Assembly: GCF_001447785.1 (NCBI RefSeq)
Contig: NW_015171537.1
Location: 325,112 to 389,111 of the forward strand
Source of the DNA: Gekko japonicus
Taxonomy: Eukaryota
DNA: 64,000 bases
Reading direction: 5' to 3'
Shown piece by piece: positions 11,976 to 26,121 of this stretch. The position numbers and the translations under genes are program-made. How positions within the stretch are numbered: the stretch's first letter is position 1; each line of letters begins with the position of its first letter. The notes under the pieces are model-generated. The model ran no database searches. It was not told the origin of the DNA and saw only the letters and a list, made by a program, of their open reading frames with translations.

Positions 11976-12429
11976 GTATGTATGCCTTTTGAGATCATGG
12001 GATAAACAGCTTGTTGTGCTAGGTGCTAGAAAATTTTATACCTGGGGCTTGTGGGTCCCGATTAGGTTGTGGCACCTTGGATTCTCATTTGCATAGCATA
12101 GTGGGATGCGACTAGGAGGGTGAATGTGTTGTGAGAAAAGACAAGCATGTGCATGCCCTTGGTCCAGTTGCTACATGTAGATGCAGAGTTGATTACTTCA
12201 AATAAATGTTAATATTGCAGAATACTGCTTTGGAATTGGCTCTCACTTTGCAGATCATTGCTTTTGAGTCCGTTTGCTTAGAGTCATGGTTCTATTTCCT
12301 CACAGTCACACTTCAAGAATTGTGACTTGTACGCTCATTAAATTTCTTGAAGTATTGATGTGTGTACACTCATGATGTTGCTGTTTCCAGCCCATCCCGT
12401 ACTTTAGAAACTTTAATCCAACCATTCAG

Positions 12430-13257
12430 GGGAAGGATCTAACAGTCACACTACAAGAATAGTGGTTATTCAAGGGACTAATCTAGCAGTCGCAGTACGA
12501 GAATAGTGGCTATTTGGGGGACTGATATGTCTGTTGCACTAGGAGAATAATGGCTATTCAAGGGGAATGGTTAAGCAGTCACACTAGGAGAATAGTGGCC
12601 ATTTGGGGGACTGATCTAGCAGTCGCACTAGGAGAATAGTGGCTATTCAGGGGACTGTTCTAGTAGTCACACTGGAAGAATAGTGGCTATTCAGGGGACT
12701 ACCAGTCACACTAGGAGAACAGTTGCCATTTGAGGACTGATCTAGCAGTCACACTGGGAAAATAGTGGCCATTTGGGGGACTGATCTAGCAGTCGCACTA
12801 GGAGAATAGTGGCTATTAGGGTTGTGAACTTCCATGTAGGGGCTGGAGATATCCTAGAATTACAGCTGACATCCAGAAGACAGATACCAGTTCTCCTGGA
12901 GAAAATGGCTGGTTTGGAGGGTAGATCCTATGGCATTATACCCCGCTGAGGTTGCTCCCCAACCCAAACCCCACCATCCCCAGGATCCACCTCCAAATCT
13001 TCAGGTATTTCCCAAGCAGGAGTTGGCAAACATGGTGGCTCTTTGGGGATCTGATTGAGCAGTTGAAGTAAGAGAATAGCAGGTATTTGTGGGAATTATC
13101 TATCAGCTGTACTAAGAGAATAATGGTTTTTCAGGTGAATGAGCTAGCAGTTGCATTAAGAGAATAGTGACTATTCAGGGGATTGATCAAGCAGTCGCAC
13201 TAGGAGAATAGTTGCAGGGATTGATCAAGCAGTCGCACTAGGAGAATAGTTGCAGGA
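12430..13257 (+). repeat. ~44-bp minisatellite (about 14 units) interrupted by a MITE
   Basis: Consensus ggggactgatctagcagtcgcactaggagaatagtggctattca; 9 units before and about 5 after the insertion. Confidence 0.92.
12817..13034. mobile_element. hAT-type MITE (tagggttgcca family) inserted in the minisatellite
   Basis: Ends tagggttgtga...tggcaaacatg; 8-bp TSD gtggctat / gtggctct; related pieces at ~4515-4730 and ~63752-63852. Confidence 0.75.
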
Positions 13258-15219
13258 GTGAGGAATTTTTTAAGTGTTGCATTGGGAGTGATTGCAGAGT
13301 GGTACAGGAAAGGAAATGGAAGAGTGGATTCCTCTCTGAGTTCAGATAAAACATCCAAGATAAGCCAGAGTATTAGAACTGTGAATAAAGCAGTTGTGTT
13401 TGTGAGGGTGGCCTCTTTGAGTTGGCATTACAAGAAAGCCACACTGCTAGAACTCGAACCAGCAGTTGCAGTAAGCTTCCTGACTTCCTTGTAAAATGTC
13501 CTCCTTTTCCAGTGAGCATCTTCTTTGAATTCCAGCTCCACAACCAGTGATGTGTTTATGTGTGTAGTTCATTGAAAATGTTTTTCCACACTGTTTGGAA
13601 GTTTCAAGACAAAGCCGATCTGTTTTCCATAACTTTTTAAGATTTTTAGTGTCACCTGTGCAAACAAAAATGATGGTTTATAGACCACTTTTTAAACTAC
13701 ATTTCTTTTTTCCTATCCACTGCCTCAACACTCTGTGTTGGGCTTTGTTTGCCACCTCATCTTGCCAGCTGATGTGCCTCCCAGAGATGGGCAGCAAAAA
13801 AGGCCCATCCCATTTCTGCATGCCCCCAGGAGGAAACAGCAGTATCATGGCACTGTTTGAAGATGAGATGCATCAGGAGGGGAAACAGCTGAGAAATGGC
13901 AGCCCCGTCTCTCTGTCTGTCTCCCGGTGTTGTATGGAGTGGTGCCAGCGGAAATTGAAATCCTTGTCATTCAGTACAACAAGGAGGCCTTTTCCCTCTG
14001 ACGCAATGGTGGATTGTGCCTGCATTGTAAAATGGACAAAGCATCTGAGCAGCCAGCATTAGTGGTAGGAGGGAGCAGGAGGCATAGGCAGAGAACCCTT
14101 TTCCCCTCCCTCCTTGCACGGAGAAGGGCAGAGCAACAGAATCTAAGCTCCACTTCTGCAAGCAAAAGAATTGCTACTGGGAAAGGTGGGGAGAAATTAA
14201 AGACAGTGCCCCTCCATTTCAGCCAAAGGGTCAGGAGAAAAAGAACTTGGCTCTGTAAATTGCAAAAAAGCCACCTTCGTGGTGGATTCCTCCCCCTTCT
14301 CCAACTCACCCCTCATCAGTTTGAAAGGGGACTAGGGATTGGTAGAATTATATTGGCTTACAGTCACAACTCTCGACATCTGGATTTTTTTCTTTTCACT
14401 TTTTTTTGGGTTCGTTCCAGCAGCGTTTGGGCTTGGCAGGATGGGAGAACTGATGCTGTTAGTCTTTGCAGAAGAGAATTGCCTGCATGAGTTCTGTCAT
14501 GGCAGGGTTTCTGCCACTTGTGTTGCACACTGAGCCGAAGGGTGCCTTTTTCTGGTATGCAGCGTGAAGCAGAAGCATAATCAAATGTCTGTCTTCTATG
14601 GCTTCAGAGCAGTTTCAGTTTCTCATCTTGTGCCTCCAGACTTGCAGTTCCTCTGAGCATAATCTCTCACGCTTTTTCTCCTCACCTAACACATCACACC
14701 ATTCTTTGCCAAAACCAAACCTGGAATATCACATTCTCTCCCCCGCTCCCATTTCTTTTGGTCGGGGAGGGGGGCTCAGCACCTCCACGACGCTGGCTGT
14801 GCTTCGACTGAAGAAGCAGAGAGGAAAACAGCTTGTGTGCATGCACACACAGACAAAAAAAATCCAAGTGTTTTGGGTTTGCCATCTGGTCAGTTTTATG
14901 CCTACCTCAGTGTTTCGTTTCCTTGCCACCTGGCTGTTTATTTTTACTCTCCGCTTCAGTGCTAGACAGAAGTGATTTCCATAGGCACTCGCAAACGTGT
15001 TTCCAGGTGTAAATGCAATGACTAGGTAATGAGCCTCATAGTTGTACAAAGAGAAAAATGGGGGGAAGGGAGAGGGGAGACAAATGTGGGTGGCTGAAGA
15101 GCAGATTTATCTCCAGGCAGCAGCCCTGAAGGCTAAACCTCCCCAACTCTGGCAAAGGGAAAGAGGTATTTCAAATGATGACATCTCTCAAAATCATGGG
15201 AGATGGTTAACTCATACTC

Positions 15220-15335
15220 AAGGTAGCTTGGACTCTCAAAAGTTTGTTCCTCAAAACCTTGTTGGTCTCTAAGGTGCTTCTGGATTTGAATCCAGCTCTT
15301 CTACTGCAAACCAACATGGCTAACCTCCTGAAACG
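15220..15335 (+). mobile_element. Penelope-like 3' terminal fragment
   Basis: agcttggactctcaaaag...ttgttggtctctaaggtgcttctgga...accaacatggctaacc; homologous to 2530-2640. Confidence 0.5.
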
Positions 15336-18252
15336 GCAAAGGCAGTTTTGTGTAGTGGTTGAAGTGTGCAAGTAGGCGAAGAGAAATCTGGGTTCAACTC
15401 CACATTTTGTCCCGAGGCTCACTGGCAAGCTTGGGGCAATCTCACATTCACTACTGTTAACCTAACGGTTATGAAGCTTCAGTAAGGAAGGAGAGAATTG
15501 CCTTGAGCGGCTTGGAGGAGGATAGATGTGTAGTGGTTGGTAAATAATTTAGATTAAGAAGTTGTGTGGCTCCTTGCCCAAGCTACACCCCTTATCTTGT
15601 AGGCATGTGATGCCAGACAACCACTTGGGTAGTTGCTGGTAATTATGTGAACCACCCTGTTGAATAGTTGAAGACAGCAGTAAAGGATACAGGAAACCTG
15701 CAGCTCTCTGTTATCTTCAAGCTACCCTTCCTTTGGCATGAACCAAAACATTGTGCTTCAGAGGGATCAGTTGCTGTAAAAGAGGCCAAGTCCATCTATG
15801 CAGGAGCTTTGTCACATTCTACTTTCCCATAAGTAAATAAGCTTGTTAGCCTGGAAGTATTAATTACCACATCTTGGTCTCTGGGCATCAGTTGGATTGC
15901 CACAGGAAGCACAGAGGACAGCAGGATAAAGAAAGTCAGAAAGGTGAAGGAAGAATGTAAAAGGATAATTAACTGTGATCATTTTTGTTTATTTTGAAAG
16001 AAAGCTAGCTTGCAGAGAAGGTGTCTCCAAAGAGGTGTTTATTTATTTATTTGTTTGTTTGTTCATTAAAACATTTATATCCTGCCTTTCCTTGTAGTTC
16101 AAGGCAGCTTGTAGTTCAGTGTTGTGACTCCTCTCTGCTTGGGCATGCGTGAGCAGGACGTAAAGCCCATCTGTATGCATGCATTTGAAAAACAGCAGTT
16201 ACAGTCAGCAACCTGTACAGTCAGCAACAGTCAGATGAAAGGGACAAATCTGTGTGGGGACTGTGCTGGTGGAGGCTTGTTATGATTGGAGGCTCCTACA
16301 CATGATTTCATGCACGTAGAAAACTATCCTGTCAGGCAGAAGGGCTCTAACCCTTACCTGCTGCTTGCGTGTGTGTGAATGCATGTGTTTTATAGAGAAA
16401 CGTGTGTTCTCATGAGCCCATGTTGGCAGTCTGAAGTAGTACATACAGTCCAACCACAGGTTTAATGTCCAGGCCAGAGGAAAGTTCATAGTGTCTGGCT
16501 GAACGTTGTGCCCAGGTGGCAAAGAGAACTTGGTAAGCCTCTGAGACACATGTGGAAGGACAGTCATTCGGGAGGAGAAGTGGGGAGGCAGCCAGACTCT
16601 ATAAATTGAGGGACAGTTAGGATACTAGACAAAGTGACTTGGACAAAGAGGGAGGCTTGGGGGGGGGTAAATATATGTCTGTGTTGCACCAGCAGTGTTT
16701 AATTATAACTTGGGTGCCTCCATTATACTCTTGCATTTTCAGAGCCATTTGCCAGTCACACATGTTTGCTGCCGCAGGGGAGCGCTTAGCAAAATGTAGG
16801 GTATTGTGACTCGTGCTAAGATGCTCAAGAGACGGATGAATCAGAACTTCTGAAAATAAAGATGGATTCTTTTTGTAAACGACAAGATGTTTTTGGGGGA
16901 TAGGAGGGGGGGGAAATAGAGGTTGTTGTCGAGGAGAAACATTTGCAGCGACTTGCCTCAGGAAGGGTTCTTGGAAAAACAGAGAAGGTATTAAGTTAAA
17001 AGCTGCTAATGAGGAGCCAGAGGACATGATGGTAAAAGTTCTTCAGATATTTGTACCCCAGGGTTTGCAAGACAGCAATTTATGATTAGAGAATGGAAGG
17101 AGGGAGACAGGTTTTGTGTTCTGTTTGTGGAGGTGGCATGTCTCACCTTCACAGGTCTTGGAAACAGAGAGAAGTGGTAATGGGTGAGGTGGAAAGCTTT
17201 TTCTCTTTGTCAGCCTTACAGGCATGCTATTACTGCACTGGGCTCAGGTAGGATTTAACTTCCTGCTCTGTATACTTGCATGGTCATTGATACAAACTGC
17301 TTAAAAGAAGGGGCAGGTTCGCTTTTCAAGGTCCCAGTAAACCTCCATTCTCACCACTGCTGTAGGCCCTTTGCTTTTGCCTGGCCCAGCTAGAAATACC
17401 TCCAGAGTCTCTCTCTCTTTGCTGGCCAACAGTTGGACTCTGGCCTGCTTATGCAGCAGTCCAGTCTCACTCTGAGTATCTCTGCTTGCAGTTCTACCTG
17501 TTTCTCCATTCTTTCCCCATATACTTGCTCTGCTGCCCATTTCCTCTTGCCTGCCTTTCTGTTCCCTTATGCCATTGTTCCCAAACTCCCTTCAGAACTA
17601 TTTCTTAGTTCAGATCCTCTTTTTCAAGTGGTTGTACATCTGTATTGGCATTCTTGTGCATCTTCTGCAATCTCCCTGTATTTCAATATGTGCTTATTTT
17701 TTAAACAAATAAATAATTTATTTCTTTTTTAAAAAAACCATACACAAACCCCCCTCAAGGTGGCTTACATGATTGCAAAAGTGTTTGTTTGTTTTTAATG
17801 TACATAATTAAAGGACATCACAGAGTTGGAATATCTGAAAGATTCCTGAAGTCCAGGCAAGCAGCTCTTAGATAGGTTGCTCTTCAAATGCTCTTCAAAT
17901 ATGAATTACCTCACATACCATTCATAAGAAACACATTCTCAGATAGGGCGAGCTGGAGCAAGAAAAAACACAGAACCACACTGAGGACATGAAGAGAACA
18001 CTTGGATGGAAGGCCAAGCTGAGAGGAAAGAGGGTCTTCACAAGTGTGTGGGTTTGTACAGGGATTACTCAAGTCTTTAATGGTTACAGCCAGCACCTTG
18101 AATTAAGACAAGAAGCAAATCAGTACATAGTGCTGCAAAGTAATATGACCATAGTGTCTTGCTCCTGGTAAGCAGACTGGCAGCCATATTCTGCCCTAGT
18201 GGAGGTCTCCAGGCTGTCTTCAAAGGCAGCCCCACATAGAGTATGTTACAGT

Positions 18253-18710
18253 CAAGGCTATTTTTGGGTAGGAACGCACAGGAATGGAGTTCCGGCTGGC
18301 TTCAGAGTTGGCCACATCCACTACAGCCAAAACCTCTGCGTGCCTGGCTACAGAGGGAAGGCCTGGAGAGTGACCCCCCCCCAGCGACTCCGAGGCAGAT
18401 GGGCCAGGGGGGGCTGGAAGGATCGGGGAGGCATTTAAATGCCTCCCCATGCCTTTCCTGGCTGGCTTGCCCAGGCTCCCCACAGCCGCGGGGTGCCTGG
18501 ACAAGCCAAGGGAAGGCAGCTTAAACTGCCTCCCCTCCCCTCCAAGGGCCGGCTTGCCCAGGCAAGCCAAGGGAAGGCACGGGGTGTGGCCTAATATGCT
18601 AATGAGCTGTGCTGTCTGGGGTGTGGCCTAATATGCTGAGTGTCTGCTGTTGGGTATGGCCTATTATGCTAATTAGTTCCGGCTGGGCTTTTTCTACAAA
18701 AAAAGTCCTG
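18253..18710. mobile_element. hAT-type non-autonomous element
   Basis: Ends caaggctattttt...aaaaaaagtcctg; TSD gttacagt / gttacggt; shares both ends with 42366-42706. Confidence 0.85.
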
Positions 18711-20315
18711 GTTACGGTAATCCGTCCTTGAAGTCATAGTAGCCTGGAGCAGTATCGGCCAGCTCACCTGAGTCAAGAAGTGAAGATGGCCTCCTTCCAA
18801 GGTGTAATTGATAAAAGGCATTCCAGCAGCCATCCCAGCCTTCTTAGTGAAGAGCGGGAACACTCCTAAACTCTTCTCCTGACCAGCCAGACATGATCTT
18901 AGCCCATCCAGGACTGGCAGATCAGTCCCTTCAAGAACATCAGCTGACCAGCTAACATCCCCTCAGGCTTGTCTAGATTCAGTTTCCACTCATTCTCCCG
19001 CACCAGCTTGACCACAACTCCTGGGCACTAAGTCAGGGAAGTGATGGATGCTGAACCACATTCTTCAGCTTCTTATACACTCAGCTGCCTGCAGCTCTTC
19101 ACAAACACACCAGGGATTGTTTTTTAAGGATGCCAGTGACTTGATAAGGTTGGTATTCACTATGCGGTGAAGCTGATCTGCAGTAACAACAGCTGTTGTT
19201 GTTTGACATCAACCAGTATTAACAAGGTACTAAATGGGGGAGTTTGCCAGGAAATCAGCAACCGTACCTACCTGTGTTCTTTGTCTGGTCAGATGGGTGG
19301 TGGTGGTTGTTTAATACCATTTAATTGCACACACCCCTCTCATTGTTTCTGCGTAAGACAGGCTGCTACAGCTCCCCTTCTCAGAGGGGCTGCTACAGCT
19401 CCCCTCCACAAAACTGTTTGCTGCTTCTCCTCTTGTTCTCAGCGCCAGCTAGTTTTGAAATGCCAGCAGCATCTCTGTCGTACCTTTATTAAACGTTACC
19501 GACAAAGTGGTTGCTAATATTTAGAGGATGCAATAGAATATTTAAAAAGGCAGCAATTTGCTCTCAGCAGAAACTTCCTATTAAATATTCTTTTTCAAGT
19601 GTAATAATGAAGAAAGGGAGCTGAGCTTCATAATAAGAAAACACAGCCTCTTAGGCAATTTAGCTCACTTATTTCCTTTCAGCGTTGGGAAGTGTCAGTA
19701 ATAAGGCATTTTAGATGTTCCAAAAAAAGGGACACTCCCCCTCCCCTCCTCTGACCTTGTTGTTAATGAGCTTTGTACCTTCTGGAAGAAGTGGAAATAA
19801 ACAGGCAATGGTCCACATGTTCATTTTCTTGAGCAAATGGCCCAAGTCAGTGGATTTCGCATTATGGTTCCTTTCATCTCACCTTCAAAGTCCCTGGTTT
19901 TCCCTGTCCACTTTCAGTTGCATTTGGCAGTTGTAAGCCCGGTCAGTGTATATTTTTTTTGCTGTCTGTGAGAGCACCTGAGGAAAGCATCGGGAGAGTG
20001 AATGTCTGTGGCTTTTCCCTGTGTTTTCAGGCGGTCCAAATGGTGGCCACTGTAATACCTTTCAGATGTTCTACCAACTGTAAAAGTAGCTCATCTAAGA
20101 GCAGATTCTGCACTGGTGGGAGAATATTTAAATGATCCAGTTACAATGTGAGGCCCCTTCAGTGAGTCTTTCCTACAGAATCTGTATGCTTCAGTGCTGA
20201 ATCTCTGGGAAGGACCCACACAGTCAGCCCACATAGCTGGGGTGTTTAAACTTTGCACTTCGCCGCAATGGGTTTTTGCTCCAGCTTGGCTTCTTAACTG
20301 CATCATGTTTTCCCC

Positions 20316-20523
20316 CAGGGGTCATTTCGTAGAAAAAGAGCTAGGGGGACTCATTAGCATAACTCATTAGCATATGCCACACCCCCTGACATCACCGGAA
20401 GTGTGTCCTCCCCACAGCCGGCAGCGACCTCCAGCAGGCACCAGCAGGGAGCTCCAGGCCCCGCCCTCCCGCACCTCACCCGGGGGGATGGCATCCCCCC
20501 GCGTCCCCCCCAAATGACCCCTG
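20316..20523. mobile_element. hAT-type MITE
   Basis: TIRs caggggtcattt / aaatgacccctg; TSD ttttcccc / tttccccc. Confidence 0.8.
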
Positions 20524-23315
20524 TTTCCCCCTCCCTTACACACAACATTGTTTGCCAGTCCTTGCTCTCTGTTAGTTTGTTTCCCCCTCTGAGTCAACCC
20601 CCATGTTTTTCAGATGGTCTGAAAAAACACAGGGGGGAAACATGAAGACGAATCAGGAGAGTGATGATACTGTGTGGGGGGGAGGGGGAAACCCGATGAC
20701 ACAAGCTGGAGCGAAAACCTGGTGCAGAAAATCTCTTTCTTCCAAGAATAAGCAGGACAGATTGGGAGGAGTTTAGCTGGCAGCTTTAACATTTAAGCCA
20801 AGGGTTTGTTAGCTCTTCCTGTCTCCAGGTGTAGAGTTTGGGCATGGTCAGAGGCATGAGACCTCGGGTGAAAACCAAAGGACTTGTAACCTCTGCTCTT
20901 TGACCTTTGATGAGCTGGCCCATTGGAAGCTACTTTTTGTTGTTGTTGTTCATTTAATTTCATTTTCCCCCCAATTGTTGTAAACCACTGTGGATCACGG
21001 ATAAAAGTGGGGAATATTCTAAGTAAGAAAGAACAACACCCATCAGTTGCATTTGCATCGTGCCTTTCCTTCAAAGGAATCAGTGTGGAGTACATGAGTC
21101 TCATCACCCTGATGTATCCTCAGAACAGCCGTGTGAGATAGCTTAGGTTGCAAGATAGGAACTGGCTTAAAGTCACCCAAGTTTCTGTGGCTGGGGATTT
21201 GAACCCAGGTCTCCTCACTGCTCATGCAGCATGCCACACTGGCTCTCAAACATCTGAAAGGCACTGGATTATGCAGGAATTTGCAGTCACTGGCTGAGAA
21301 CGCTTTACAAGCTGATGATTCGGCACAGAATGGCTGTTCATTCCCTGGTAACAATACAGTCATTGCCTTTACTCTGTTCCACCAAGCTGTCACCTTCACT
21401 GTAGTGTGGCTGGTGAGTATATCTGGTGCAAAGTCTGGCCAGTCTAATAACAATACCAATTTGGGTTGTTTTAGAAATAACCATGATGCTGCTGGCTCAA
21501 ATGAGAGACCCCTCCCCAGTGAAACCATTTTAGTGAATGAACCAGTGGTTTATTTACTTGTCACTTGATGAATATGTGTAATCTTTTTCAGTTAGCCTTT
21601 GGTGGACATCCCAGCACAATGTGGATTGATTTCCCCTGAGTCAGCTATATTAACATTATGTTTTACCAAAGAACAAATGTGTTTAGAAGAAACAAGCAAT
21701 AGTGGGGAGTGGACCTCATTTAACAAATGTTGATATTAAAGCCCTCTGCATACCCTAGGGGGGAATGAACTTTAGGTCAAATAATAATATGGCACAGGAG
21801 AATCATCCGCCTCTGTATTTGTGACTGTCAGTCTACCCAAAAAAAGTCTTTCATGCTCACAGAGTTAATAAGAAGATCTTGCTAAATATAGCTTGTGTGG
21901 TCTTAGGAGACTCTGGGATTCTACAGTTCTGTTCTCACCATGACCTTCAGGAATGTTCCTTAAAATTGGTTGTTCTGCTCCAAAAAGTAGGCAAGTTAGA
22001 AATAGCTCCTTCTTATTCAGCTCATCTAATGTACGTGTGTTGTGAGTGGGTATATGCACACCACAGTCTGCGGGGACAAGAAGCAAGCAGTCCCCTCTGG
22101 TTTTTATTCCTCTCTTTTCTTCCAATGTCAGGATAGCAGTGAACATGCTTGAGATGCACCCTACCCTCTGCTCTGAGGACACAAAAATATGCAGCTTTTC
22201 TAAACTCTAGAGCTGGAGTTTAGCACTTGCATGTAGCACACTAAAATATACAGTACTCCAGTAGAGGAGGGGGGCAAATTCTGAGAGTTTTAGCAGGTCT
22301 GCTAGTGACAACCATTGCATGGGCTCTTGTTAGTCTGATTGGGTGACCGAAGAGCTTCCAAACTCTAACAGTTGTGCTTGAGGCATTTCTCATCCACAAA
22401 CATGATTTGGGTCTTCATGTGGCAAATCGCATGCACTTTCTGCCCTTCACCCTGTCTCAGCTAGTTAGGGCTCCATTTTCTTTGGGAGCCTTCCTGTGAA
22501 AATAAATAACTTGTGAAAGAGGTACTAGCTGTTTGGTGACATCCCTCATGCTTGCTTGGAGAAACAGGCCATGTTTTCCTTTGTCTTCACTGCCTTTCCA
22601 GATGCTTTGCTTCCTCTTGGTGGTCACTGTTTTTGACAGTCTCCTCTCTTCAAGTTAATGCTAAATATGTATCACCTTCCACTAGCCCATTCATTCCCCA
22701 CCACCAGACTGCTCACTTGTGTGTGTGTTGCTTAAAATCGGCTGGGAATATTGTTTTCTCCTCTACCCACACCATTCATCCCTCCTTTTTTCGTTCTTAA
22801 GGAAGCACATGCAGCTGTCTGTGCACCTATCCACAGTTCTTTTGAAAGAAATGCCATTTCCCAACCTGAAAAACAGCCCACCATCCTAATAAGATGAAAA
22901 ACATTTATGGGTGAGAAGCATGCAAAGAGCCGTAGAAGAAGAAAAAAATGAGGACAAATAGAGGGGAAACATAAAAGCTGTACCAAAGAGGCTGGACACA
23001 CACACCAAAAAAAACCTGTTTAGCAGTGGCACGAGAGGCAAAGAAAAGCAGGAAACCATGAGTCCATGTTTGATGAGTCTACTGTTTTTGCCAGCTCCTA
23101 GACAAATAATTATCAGGGGAAAAAACCCCTCCCATTTCAAAGATGAAACCAATGCACTGATTGCTAGGCGCAATTTGGGATCATGCCATGCTTGGTGTTC
23201 CATTTCAGATACATGAGGGTCTTGGAAGCTGGTTTGCCTTGTCAGCTGTTGGTGCTGGCCATGAATCCATTTCCCCCTCCCCACAAACTATAGTGGAAGG
23301 GTAAAGTCAAGGATG

Positions 23316-23664
23316 AGGAGCTACGGTGGCTCAAGTGGTTAAGACGCTGAACTGCAGGCTGTGGAAGGTCAGTAGTTCAGCAGTTCGAGACCCGGGTTGC
23401 CTCATGACGGAGTGAGCTCCCGTCTCTAGTTCCAGCTCCTGCCAACCTAGCAGTTTGAAAGCAAGAAATTGCAAGTAGATAAATAGATACCACTTTGGTG
23501 GGAAGGTAACAGCATTCCGTGCGCCTCGGAGTCTAAGTCATGCCGGCCACATGACCACGGAAACGTCTTCGGACAGCGCTGGCTCTTCGGTTTTGAAACA
23601 GAGATGAGAACCGCAACCCTAGAGTCGGACTCGACTGGCTTTCGAGCAAGGGAACCTTTACCTT
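23316..23664 (+). mobile_element. Sauria SINE
   Basis: Full-length copy with acctttacctt tail; TSD taaagtcaaggatg / taaagtcaaagatg. Confidence 0.92.
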
Positions 23665-25646
23665 TAAAGTCAAAGATGGAGAGATTGTCGATTTGATGGA
23701 AGAGGAAAGCCAATGATAGGGAGATTATTGATGAGGTCAAAGTAGGGCAGAGTGCAGTCAGATAACTGCTTACTGCACAGTGGGTATTGTTAGACTTTGT
23801 GTGATATGGCTAACTACATAGCCTACACAGTAAATCCTCCTCCTCAACTGTCTGGGAATCCCCAGGCAGATGACGTCATGGTGCTCTGCTTATTTTTGCT
23901 ACCAAATGCTTAGCCTGTGGTTGGGGCCACCGTGTAACAAGCTTTAAAAACATGCACACAGAAAAACACACCTACTGTACTATATCAGATGGTATTCAGT
24001 GTTCGGTGACTATGAGGTAAACAAAGCAAACTTCGCTGAATATACAGCTCAGTTGGAGGAGGTCAACACTCAAGGAGTTCCAGGCTCAATTAAACCCTAA
24101 TATGATTTGTCCATTTAGGAGCATGCAACGAGCATGTGCCCTCTTTTCTGTTCCCCTTCCTCTTGCCAATTCAATCCAGTGCTTCCTGATCTGGGCAAGC
24201 TGTAGTTTCTGTAGAACAGAATCAACAACTCCACGTTTCTCTCCAAATGGGAAATCACTGAATGTGGGGTTCTGACTCTGGTTTCAAGGCAAACTGGTAA
24301 CCATAATTTGCCCAATTGGCATAATTACTGCAAAATTTGGCTATTACAAGGCATAATTACTGCAAAATTTGGCTATTATGAGGTAGGAAGTGGAGAAAAG
24401 ACTGATCATGTGTCAAAAGGAGAGTGCAAACCTAGAGTCGGTTCTTCATAGCTGTCATCGTTTGCCCATATCATCAGTCCCCTGATTTTGTGATATGGAA
24501 CTAACGGTTCCATTTGACTGATGAATATCCAACCATCCATAGGCTTCATAGAATAGGACTTTCCCTATTCCCCTTTCCACTGCAACTGACTGAACTCCCC
24601 CACATTTTGTTCCTATCACTCAGCAGACTCTCAGGAACAACAGAGAGGGTAATGTGGGGGTCTGCAGTGAAAGGAGGGAATTGGCAGAAATCATTGCTCC
24701 CTCTTTCGCAAGTGAACAGTCAAATGGAACCATCAAATGGAACTATTGGAAGACCTGCATGGTTGAATATGTGCCCCTGACTTTTTTTCTTGACTTTTCT
24801 AGAGATCGGCAAATGCTTTGTCTTATATTAAGCATTTGTTCAGTCTTGCCCCTACCACACATACTTTAGCATCTGGTTACATTTTGGATGAATAATGTGC
24901 ACAAAACGTTATCCCCTGTACTGTATCCCAGCCATCCAGGAGAACATTCTTGTGTGTGTGTGTGGGGGGGGGGTGTATTGACTAGGGACACATTGCCCAC
25001 GATTATCCAGAAAGAATCATTGGCCAAGGTGGCTATTGATTTTCTAATAATTTCCAGACCTCCCCCCACCTTGTGTCACCAGAGAGGCAGATCACAAATT
25101 GAACTGCAGCTGAATTGCTGCAGGATTGATTAAAACTCACAGTAATTATTGCTTCTCTGCTGCTCAAGGCAGGCTGATCAATGTTAGCAATAACTGATAG
25201 GATTCTTTAGGCGCTCTCAAGAAACGGGCACGAGGGTGTTCACTTGGCATGCGCCCAGGCAGCTGTGGCAGGCATGCAAAAACAGCCTGTGCTGGCCACA
25301 AGGATTGTCTGTCTTGAAATCTCTACAAGAAAAACTACTACAAAGACATTGCACAAACAAGCCAATGTTTTAGAAGGTAACTGAACTCTACAAGGCTTTT
25401 GGCTAGCATTTGGCTTTGCATGTGGAGAAGCTTAGCATACTTTTTTGGCTCTGGCTAGCATTTGAATAAGCTCAGTTTACTTTTTCTTAATGTGAGGGAG
25501 ATGTGAATAAGCTCAGTTTACTTTTTCTTAATGTGAGGGGGCTTAATAGGGCAATCTGAAAGACCAGGCAGAGGGGTCAGTCCTTATGGAGTAGCAGGCC
25601 ATGAGGAGTAAATGTAGAATGGCATTAAGGTCATGACAAGTGTCAC

Positions 25647-26121
25647 CGGGGTCATTTCGTAGAAAAAGAGGTGCAGGAGCTCATTAGCATAACTTATTTG
25701 CATATGCCACACCCCCTGACATCACCGGAAGTGTGTCAGAAGGCAACACCCACCGCTCAGGCTCCACTGGACTGTTTTGGATTGCTAGCTATTGGGTGGG
25801 GGGACGTGCAGATCTGTCCTCACAGAGGAGGGAGAGCTTGTACCTGAACAAAACTTGGTCTTAAAGGTGCCACTGGACTATTTTGTATTGCTAGCTATTG
25901 GGGGGGGGGACGCGCAGATCTGCCCTCACAGAGGAGAAAGAGCTTGTACCTGAAGGCGGGCCGGGGGGGGGCTCTGCAACTTACCTGGCTGCTTCTTGCT
26001 CCTCATGGCCCAACTGAGAGCTGCTGGGAGCAGGGGGTGGGGCTTGTTGCATGTGTTCGCCCCCTGGGCTCCTTACTGCCGGAGCTCCGCTCCTGTGTGC
26101 TCCCACAGGAAATGACCCCTG
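25647..26121. mobile_element. hAT-type element (same left end as 20316) with internal duplication
   Basis: cggggtcattt...aaatgacccctg; perfect TSD agtgtcac; ~85-bp internal direct repeat. Confidence 0.82.

Noticed and set aside
12430-13257. CRISPR-like array
   Set aside because: Units are contiguous with no unique spacers, there are no cas genes, and the context is a eukaryotic intron.
25463-25539. Short exact tandem duplications (also ~24318-24380, ~19360-19405, ~36451-36487)
   Set aside because: Ordinary slippage or repair duplications with no further structure.
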